Position numbers and translations under genes: made by a program. The notes beneath the pieces were generated by a model. It was not told the DNA's origin. It ran no database searches and worked only from the letters and a program-made list of their open reading frames with translations. A DNA stretch of 34,070 bases, from IMG/VR virus record IMGVR_UViG_3300021400_000141, positions 385,354 through 419,423 of that record. The stretch is one strand, 5' to 3'. Source of the DNA: a virus. Taxonomy: Duplodnaviria; Heunggongvirae; Uroviricota; Caudoviricetes. Positions 28,203 through 34,070 of this stretch are shown in pieces (position 1 is the stretch's first letter; each line of letters starts with the position of its first letter).

Positions 28203-28463
28203 TTATACCCCCAAGTCCTTATTCACCTCAACGCAGTGGATTTCAAAGGTCAATGTATAACTGACACTATCTTCAATATAGCAAGACCATTCTTTCGGGT
28301 CGTTTTCGTCAAAGTCGCCAATGTCTTCGTGTTCAGCAACACTTTCCCACGCAGAACGGACGGCCTTTTTGCAGTCATCATACGAACCTGCCGCAATCAC
28401 CGACACAGTAGAGCCGTCGCAATCTTCGGCACGCAGTTTAGTTGCAACATAGATTTTCTTCAT
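28203..28463 (-). CDS. Small acidic protein, 86 aa (internal paralog family)
   Basis: KIYVA...VIAAGSYDDCKKA; GAGG RBS; promoter 28494-28522. Confidence 0.85.
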   Translation of the reverse strand: MKKIYVATKLRAEDCDGSTVSVIAAGSYDDCKKAVRSAWESVAEHEDIGDFDENDPKEWSCYIEDSVSYTLTFEIHCVEVNKDLGV

Positions 28464-28684
28464 AGTTTTACCTCGTTGTTTGTTTCTATATTAAATATAC
28501 ATAATTAAATCTAGTTTGTCAATAGGTCATAACTATTTTTGTGTAAAGTTTTTAGAAACAGAGTGTGGAAGTCTGGGGATTCGAGCGATTCTGGCACGGG
28601 GTGATAACCCAAGTTGGAACTCCCGTGGAAACAGAAAGAAAGCCCCCTCTTGCGAGGGGACTTAGGAGTTGTATGACACAAAAA

Positions 28685-29083
28685 TTATATCCACTGTTGT
28701 TCAGTATCGTAATATACCACAGTAGAATTAAATCCTACTCCCGACCAAACACGCCACCACTTGTGACAATTGGAACACTCCCTATCCTCTTCTCTAATGG
28801 TGACTTGCTTGCCGCCAATGCGTTCACCCGTCGCCTTGTCATACTTCGGGATAGTGTAGTCAAATGTGCGAGGCGGGTAGGTATCGCTCGGTGCTTCGGT
28901 GCTTCCGCAAAGCGGACACTTGCAGGCTTCCGAATAAGCCTTCAATGCTAGGGAGTGCATAACAATCTGCTTGCCTGCACAAAAGCCGTTCACTCGGACT
29001 TCCCACCGCCCACGATAGAACTTGTTGCTTCCTTTTCCCCACGATTTGTTTACCTCTTGCGAGGTGTAAGGTAGATGTGACAT
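28685..29083 (-). CDS. Zinc-ribbon protein (CPLC...CSNC), 132 aa
   Basis: Two CxxC motifs; GGAGA RBS; promoter 29121-29149. Confidence 0.83.
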   Translation of the reverse strand: MSHLPYTSQEVNKSWGKGSNKFYRGRWEVRVNGFCAGKQIVMHSLALKAYSEACKCPLCGSTEAPSDTYPPRTFDYTIPKYDKATGERIGGKQVTIREEDRECSNCHKWWRVWSGVGFNSTVVYYDTEQQWI

Positions 29084-29439
29084 ATTTACTTCTCCGTTGT
29101 GTTGTTTTCGTTGTATTATAAATATACCTAATTAAATCTAGTTTGTCAAGCCCTATCCAGAAAAAAATATAATCACGGTGAACATCGAGTTGCTCCCGGG
29201 TGCTTCCAGGCGGGGGGTGATAACCCAAGTTGGAAATTTGTTCTAAACCGTTTGAAACCCCAGTAAAGAGAAGGAGTTCGAGGAGGTGGCACCAGGAAAC
29301 ATCTCGAAGAATACCACGAGCCACTCACAGTTCCCGGAGCTTCCCAGCGGCGGATAGGTGATAACCCAAGTTGAAGATTGTTTGAAACACGAGAAGAAAC
29401 CCCATCCATGCGGATGGGGCTAGCAACGAGGTAGGTATG

Positions 29440-29706
29440 TTAAGCTTCGTCTGCGAGGAACCAAGAGCCGTAAGCTTCGTCTGGGTCTTCTTCGTTAAGC
29501 TCGGACACAAGGGCATCAGCTTCATCACGGCTTATGTTAAGCTGGAACACGATTTGTGCGTGGGAACCATCTGGCCATTTCTCATTGCCAATGAGACCAC
29601 ACACTTTCCCTTCAAGGTGGTTCATAATGCAGTTGCACAAATAGTTGGCAAAAGAGTTGGCACTCTCTTTGATGTAGTTGTTTACTTGCAAAAAGATTTC
29701 GGTCAT
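29440..29706 (-). CDS. Acidic hypothetical protein, 88 aa
   Basis: GGAGGA RBS; promoter 29742-29770; terminator 29400-29419. Confidence 0.85.
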   Translation of the reverse strand: MTEIFLQVNNYIKESANSFANYLCNCIMNHLEGKVCGLIGNEKWPDGSHAQIVFQLNISRDEADALVSELNEEDPDEAYGSWFLADEA

Positions 29707-29961
29707 TGTTTTATCCTCCGTTGTATTGTTTAACTATTATAAATATACCTAATTAAATCTAGTTTGTCAAGCCCCCTTGATAAAAAATTCTGTCGCAGCC
29801 ATTCAGAAGAACATCGCGTTGGGACAGCTGCAGTCAGGACATGGGTGATAACCCAAGTTGAAATCAGGGTGGACATCAGAAGAAAACCCTCGTCGTTCGA
29901 CGAGGGCTGTAATGCGGAAAGTGTAGGGGTGTTTGAGTCTTGGTTAATACCGCATTACCTT

Positions 29962-30297
29962 TTAAACTTTGTGTTCCTTGGTGATGTAGAACATATCCCA
30001 CGAACAATTACGCATAGCCTTCATCTGCTTGCGAGTTGCGGTGTCCTTCCAGAGCACCTTGTGTTCATTCCCGAACATAATGTAGAGAACAGTCTGTGCG
30101 AGAATACGGGCTACCACAACATCTGTGAAGTCTCCGTTAAGAAGTTCAGGGTGCTTTTCAAGGCACTCCTTAATCGCACCCTTGACCTTGTTCATGTGGA
30201 TAGAATCCTTGACGAACTCCGTTGCGGTGTCCACGATTTCCTTGCCCTTGAACTTTGCAAGAGACTTGCCGCTGATTTTGATTGTTTTCGTTGCCAT
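29962..30297 (-). CDS. Hypothetical protein, 111 aa; start corrected to MATKTIK
   Basis: GAGG RBS; promoter 30331-30359 lies within longer ORF-track call. Confidence 0.84.
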   Translation of the reverse strand: MATKTIKISGKSLAKFKGKEIVDTATEFVKDSIHMNKVKGAIKECLEKHPELLNGDFTDVVVARILAQTVLYIMFGNEHKVLWKDTATRKQMKAMRNCSWDMFYITKEHKV

Positions 30298-30544
30298 TGT
30301 TATACCTCGTTGTTTGTTGTTTCTATATATAATATAGTTAATTAAATTCAGTTTGTCAAGTGTTTTCTTCAACATTTTTACATCTCGGCAGCACGGATTA
30401 TCCTCGACGCTGCTCCAGTGCATGGGTGATAACCCAAGTTGAAGAACTGGTGGAGCGTAAAAAAGAACCCCGCCGTTCGGCGGGGGGAGTAGTGTAGTAT
30501 CGCAGTTTAGGGAGTTGATAGTTTCGTTTAACCGCACCACTCTT

Positions 30545-31159
30545 TTACACGAATTTGTCAAAGCAATTCTTTACTTTTTCAATTCCGTTTTTTACACTTT
30601 CCAAATACTTGTTAAACAAGATTTCAGAGACCAAATAGGCGTGACCCAATTTATCCCAGTGCTTTTTATACTTTGCTTTGCAACCGAATGTTTCAACGTC
30701 AGCAGCCGAATAGAGAATAGTATCATCATTGCTATTCTTATCAAACGTGAACCAAATATATCCACAGGTGGAATAACGGCAACCGCTTACCTTATTGCGA
30801 ATAATAAGGCGGTTAATATCAGAAGAGGAGAACATTTGCGACTTCTTATTGTATTTAGCATTAGACCGCTTGAACAATTCCTTATGGATAATTGCGTAAG
30901 TGATATAACTCTTTGAGCAATCATCAGCGGACAGGTTATCTTGCTTACAATAGACAATTTCGTAGTCCTTACCCAAAGTCTCACGAACCATTTTGTCAAT
31001 AGCCGAAAGTTCGTTGTCGGTAAAGTCCGTTTCAATCAGTTCGTTTCCACGGATTTGAGAAAAGGACATAGGGATTTGTCTTGCTTTTGTCCGTTCGGCC
31101 TCATAATCCTTTTTGATTTGGGCTTCTCTTTTGTGTGTGTATTCTATGATATGTGCCAT
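30545..31159 (-). CDS. Hypothetical protein, 204 aa; start corrected to MAHIIEY
   Basis: GGAG RBS; promoter 31193-31221. Confidence 0.85.
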   Translation of the reverse strand: MAHIIEYTHKREAQIKKDYEAERTKARQIPMSFSQIRGNELIETDFTDNELSAIDKMVRETLGKDYEIVYCKQDNLSADDCSKSYITYAIIHKELFKRSNAKYNKKSQMFSSSDINRLIIRNKVSGCRYSTCGYIWFTFDKNSNDDTILYSAADVETFGCKAKYKKHWDKLGHAYLVSEILFNKYLESVKNGIEKVKNCFDKFV

Positions 31160-31371
31160 AGTAAAACTCCGTTGTTTTGTGTTCCTATATATAATATAGA
31201 TAATTAAATCTAGTTTGTCAAGTAGTTTGTTCAACTTTTTTCCTGACCGCCCTGACGACCGACGAAGGCTGCAGTCAGGGCATGGGTGATAACCCATGTT
31301 GAACATCGGGCTGAAACAAAGTTTAACCCCCTCTTGCGAGGGGGCTTTGTCGTCAGCGGCTAGCCGACGAA

Positions 31372-31707
31372 TTAGGCGGTCAATGTTTCAATGTGGTAAG
31401 CAATGAGTTTTGCCATCTTGCGTTCAGGAAGAACAGGTATGTCAATGTGAGCCTTGCGGATAGTCAGCGTGGCATAGGGCTTGCGGTGGTTATCCAAGCC
31501 GTAGGTCAAGGTGGCATCGCTATGCGACCACTTTGTTCCAGTCTTGCGAGAGTGTTCGGGCTTGAACACACTTTCAACAGAGCGAGGAATAACATCGCTC
31601 TTCTGCTTTGCTCTTGTGCCGTAGCCGAACTCAAAGACGAGGTAGCACAGAACATTCTTGATGTGGTTGTTGAACTTGTTGAACTTGTTGTTGGTGTTGT
31701 TGTCCAT
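31372..31707 (-). CDS. Hypothetical basic protein, 111 aa
   Basis: GGAGA RBS; promoter 31752-31780. Confidence 0.84.
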   Translation of the reverse strand: MDNNTNNKFNKFNNHIKNVLCYLVFEFGYGTRAKQKSDVIPRSVESVFKPEHSRKTGTKWSHSDATLTYGLDNHRKPYATLTIRKAHIDIPVLPERKMAKLIAYHIETLTA

Positions 31708-31952
31708 AGTTGTCTCCGTTGTTATGGATTGTTTGTTGTTTCTATGTCTTTAATATAGTTAATTAAATTCGGTTTGTCAATAGGTAGCACAAAAAAATTT
31801 GTAACATTTTATCAACATATTATACCCATTCGACAGCCAACTGCTTCCGCCCGCGTGCGAAGGCGGCATGGGTGATAACCCAAGTTGAACATCGGGGGGA
31901 GCGTAAAGAAATGCCCCCGTTTGATAGGGGGCGGTTGACAGGGAGCAAAAAG

Positions 31953-32318
31953 TTAATCCCACCAATCGGGCTTCGGGTCAGACGATTTTTCAAGGGCTTC
32001 GCTCAACTTCATTCCGACAGGGATACTAATGTCTCTTTCAACTGCGGGGCAACCGAACTGTTTGAGACCCTGCAACTCCTTCAAGTTAATGTCGCCATAC
32101 TCGCTGAAATCGGGGTTTGAGTTGTTCACCACATAGCCGTAAACAACGTCCTCGCTATCCTCGTAGCCTTCAAGGATATACCACGTCAATGCGTGGCTGA
32201 ACGGACAGAACAGACGGCAGGCGACCTTTGCTTCGCCTTTCAGTCCGTCTTGCGAACCGCTAGGGTGCTTCTTCAAGAACTTCTTGATTTCTGCTGTGAT
32301 GAGTTTTTGCTGTGCCAT
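31953..32318 (-). CDS. DUF2958 family protein, 121 aa
   Basis: KLITAEI...SQDG...VACRLFCP...TWYILE...EYGDINLKEL...VERD matches the DUF2958 pattern. Confidence 0.82.
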   Translation of the reverse strand: MAQQKLITAEIKKFLKKHPSGSQDGLKGEAKVACRLFCPFSHALTWYILEGYEDSEDVVYGYVVNNSNPDFSEYGDINLKELQGLKQFGCPAVERDISIPVGMKLSEALEKSSDPKPDWWD

Positions 32319-32542
32319 ATTATTACCTCGTTGTTTGTTGTTTCTATATATAATATAGTTAATTCATTTAAGTTTGTCAATAGGGGAGTTGAAAATAGTT
32401 GTAAAGTTTCGTAAACACAATACGAAGAACCAGAGAGCCTCCTGGTGCTCACGGGCAATAGGTGATAACCTAAGTTGAACCCTCTGGGGAAGCCAAAGAG
32501 AAGCCCCCTTGTAGGGGGCGGTGTAAGCAGGTAGGTGGCCTA

Positions 32543-32773
32543 TCAGTCCACCTCGGCATCGCCTAGTTCGCCAAGCCGATACTCCCCTTGTTCATCGCAG
32601 AACAAGCCGTAGCGAACATCATCAAGCATACCGCTTGCTTTCTCCACCAAGTCGGGCAACTCCGCTATGGGAAAATCCCAATGGTTTGCGTCAGTCGGGT
32701 CAATCAAGCAGGCATTCGCCACGATTTCATCAAAGCGTTCCTTGCTAATGCTTTCAATGATTATTCTAGCCAT
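32543..32773 (-). CDS. Small acidic protein, 76 aa
   Basis: GAGG RBS; promoter 32799-32827. Confidence 0.84.
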   Translation of the reverse strand: MARIIIESISKERFDEIVANACLIDPTDANHWDFPIAELPDLVEKASGMLDDVRYGLFCDEQGEYRLGELGDAEVD

Positions 32774-33005
32774 AGTTTACCTCGCTGTTATACTATATAA
32801 TATACCTAATTAAATCTAGTTTGTCAAGTGCTTTTACCAACTTTTTATGTAAAGTCTAGTTTACACACTAGGGTTTAAACCCTGTCGTCAGACCCCTGTT
32901 TGGGACGGCGGCCCACAGACCAGGGGTGATAACCCAAGTTGAACCGACGACCAAGCCCAAAAGAAAACCCCCTCGCAAGAGGGGGCAGGAGCAGGACAAC
33001 AATTC

Positions 33006-33185
33006 TTACGCCGCCTTTTTCTTAAAGCAGGAAGCACATATCCAACCGCCAGAGATTTCCTTGTAGTAGGTTTTCTTACCGCACCCTTGACACCTATGCT
33101 TCTTATCCCAAGCCTTTTGGTCAAAGTCCTTACTGCGTTCAAACGAAGGCTCCATTGCCACCTTAGGTATCTCTATCCTATCCAT
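33006..33185 (-). CDS. 59-aa zinc-finger protein (absent from ORF track): MDRIEIPKVAMEPSFERSKDFDQKAWDKKHRCQGCGKKTYYKEISGGWICASCFKKKAA
   Basis: Translated by hand; AGGGGG RBS; CQGC...CASC; terminator immediately downstream. Confidence 0.78.
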   Translation of the reverse strand: MDRIEIPKVAMEPSFERSKDFDQKAWDKKHRCQGCGKKTYYKEISGGWICASCFKKKAA

Positions 33186-33197
33186 TCAGCCAACCCC

Positions 33198-33380
33198 CTA
33201 TTCAAACGAACCGCACTCGGTCATCAAATTGGTAATCAAGTGTGCTTGATAAGGGAAGTTATACCCACCCACCGCAACACTCTTGTCGCCAATAAAGGCA
33301 CAGAGAACACCACATTCCTTTTTCAGTTCAAGACGGCTATCAACCTTTTGGCATTCAGCCACAAATTCATTCAGACCCAT
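33198..33380 (-). CDS. Hypothetical protein, 60 aa
   Basis: AGGTAGG RBS; promoter 33413-33441. Confidence 0.8.
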   Translation of the reverse strand: MGLNEFVAECQKVDSRLELKKECGVLCAFIGDKSVAVGGYNFPYQAHLITNLMTECGSFE

Positions 33381-33614
33381 ATTAACCTACCTTGTTTAAG
33401 GGTTCTATATTATATATAGATAATTAAATCCATTTTGTCAACCCATTCCACAAACTTTCGTGTAAACCTTTCGTTACAAACCCCGCCCTAACGAAAGGCC
33501 TCGACGCACGGTGCCAGCGTGCCAAGGGTGATAACCCATGTTGAACATCGGGAGGGGCGACAAAAAAGGGGGTTGCAACTGATGTTGCAACCCCCACAAC
33601 GGAAGTAAGTAAAC

Positions 33615-33992
33615 TTATCTGATTTTAGGAATAAGATTTTCCAAATCGCTGATGGAACTGAAATTGTTTGTGCCACCATGACTATCCTTGATGCTATTCG
33701 CAGTGCGTATCAACACGCCACGCATCGGCCCGCTTGCGTTCACATCAATGGTCATTCCTCGGAAGTCACCATAGTTGTAATAGACAATCTGCCCATCGGC
33801 TCGCTGAATGTAGCCGTAAACATAGTAGTGACCCGTCTTTTGAACCAAAACCTTTGCCCCAATCTTCTTGCACACCCTTTTCATAAGGTTGTGGAACGAA
33901 TGAGCCAAACTCATTCCCATAGAACCTCTGGGCATCGTAGTTCCACTCTCGTTAAAGAAAACACCCTGCCATTTCTTCTTGAATGTCTGCAT
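33615..33992 (-). CDS. Hypothetical protein, 125 aa; start corrected to MQTFKKK
   Basis: GAGG RBS; promoter 34020-34048; GHY..GY...D.R...LIRTA..KD..GGTNNF motif. Confidence 0.85.
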   Translation of the reverse strand: MQTFKKKWQGVFFNESGTTMPRGSMGMSLAHSFHNLMKRVCKKIGAKVLVQKTGHYYVYGYIQRADGQIVYYNYGDFRGMTIDVNASGPMRGVLIRTANSIKDSHGGTNNFSSISDLENLIPKIR

Positions 33993-34070
33993 TGTTTTAA
34001 CCTCGTTGTTGATACCTTTAATATACCTAATTAAAAGCATCTTGTCAAGCCCTAGCCATCATTTTCTTTG

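Larger units (their letters stand above)
4740..33478. promoter_or_regulatory. Recurrent palindromic operator-like box TGTAAA-N6-TTTACA upstream of the -35
   Basis: Perfect copies at 4740-4757, 7135-7152, 7986-8003, 9083-9100, 12638-12655, 19293-19310, 32848-32865; partly degenerate copies at many other promoters, TGTAAA usually 25-26 bp from the start of TGTCAA. Confidence 0.75.
365..33543 (+). repeat. Dispersed direct repeat GGGTGATAACCCAAGTTG(G/A)AA, 34 copies, same orientation, at cassette boundaries
   Basis: Starts of 18-mer: 365,1965,4792,7196,8047,9143,10714,12699,13609,15024,16111,16709,17583,18642,19360,20522,21645,22897,24003,25009,25607,26525,27135,27871,28599,29215,29356,29843,30424,31284,31870,32460,32924,33526. 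All intergenic. Variants only at 365 (CCTAAG), 1965 (CGTAAG), 29356 (5' A), 32460 (5' A, CCTAAG), 31284 and 33526 (CCCATG). Confidence 0.97.
1850..34048 (-). promoter_or_regulatory. Family of 37 sigma70-type promoters TTGACA-N17-TATATT with conserved TTTAATTA in the spacer
   Basis: Plus-strand TGTCAA (-35 reverse complement) starts: 1873,3010,4714,6039,7109,7960,9057,10225(TTGACT),10628,12612,13524(TTGACT),14921,16026,16620,17498,18556,19267,20451,21577,22280,22795,23920,24920,25509,26433,27055,27788,28517,29144,29765,30354,31216,31775,32375,32822,33436,34043. Example: -35 at 7960-7965, -10 at 7937-7942, 17-bp spacer, then ATAGAAACAAC..GGAG leader/RBS. Confidence 0.92.
1..34070 (-). mobile_element. 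Early/accessory gene region of a large phage (or other large MGE), organised as a repeat-delimited cassette array
   Basis: 62 co-oriented small ORFs, mostly hypothetical; 37 near-consensus sigma70 promoters; phage/MGE-type families (DUF932, Gp88-like, DUF2958, HTH_39-like); no housekeeping genes. No hallmark capsid/terminase/integrase in window, so phage vs plasmid/ICE is not proven. Confidence 0.75.

Noticed and set aside
33006-33380. Stop-codon readthrough or alternative genetic code joining 33198..33380 to the in-frame 33006..33185
   Set aside because: Two different stops (TAG, TGA) intervene and the second ORF has its own RBS; other genes are intact under code 11.
365-33543. CRISPR array
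   Set aside because: Repeat is only ~18-24 bp, intervals are 141 bp to ~2.8 kb and contain whole genes, and no cas genes or leader are present. The GTTGAAA ending only superficially resembles CRISPR repeats.
365-33543. Canonical integron (attC/IntI)
   Set aside because: No integrase in window; no consistent R/L box hairpin with extrahelical bases; cassettes carry their own promoters and terminators. Kept only as an analogy.
187-33679. ORFs containing LGYHP or VITQV (e.g. 187..390, 18458..18691, 28860..29324)
   Set aside because: These peptides are translations of the non-coding repeat; the ORFs cross promoters and terminators.
1-34070. tRNA, rRNA, IS or transposase, structural or replication genes
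   Set aside because: None recognisable; intergenic hairpins are explained as terminators.

Overview
About 34 kb of an almost certainly mobile-element genome, most likely the early/accessory region of a large phage. The host appears to use canonical sigma70 promoters; two SpoVG paralogs hint at Fibrobacter or a similar gut/rumen anaerobe (inference only). I find 62 mostly small ORFs, all on the minus strand, and few are recognisable: SpoVG x2, DUF932, Gp88-like, DUF2958, DUF1281/YubB-like, HTH_39-like, RHH-like, an M15-type peptidase and a DMP19-like/Zn-finger protein. No structural, replication, integrase or cas genes are in the window. The dominant signal is architectural. The region is a tandem array of self-contained expression cassettes of 1-4 genes, each reading [18-bp repeat GGGTGATAACCCAAGTTG, 34 copies, all one orientation] - GC-rich spacer - usually a TGTAAA-N6-TTTACA-like palindrome - TTGACA-N17-TATATT promoter with a TTTAATTA box (37 copies) - RBS - ORF(s) - intrinsic terminator - next repeat. 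Non-coding parts are mosaically shared between distant cassettes, homology stops at stop codons, one inter-repeat unit is empty, and the array ends on the left in a field of degenerate repeat half-sites. I read this as a candidate integron-like or PeSL-like gene-shuffling system for host-takeover/anti-defence genes. No recombinase is visible here, so mobility is inferred, not shown. All counts and coordinates were read by eye.
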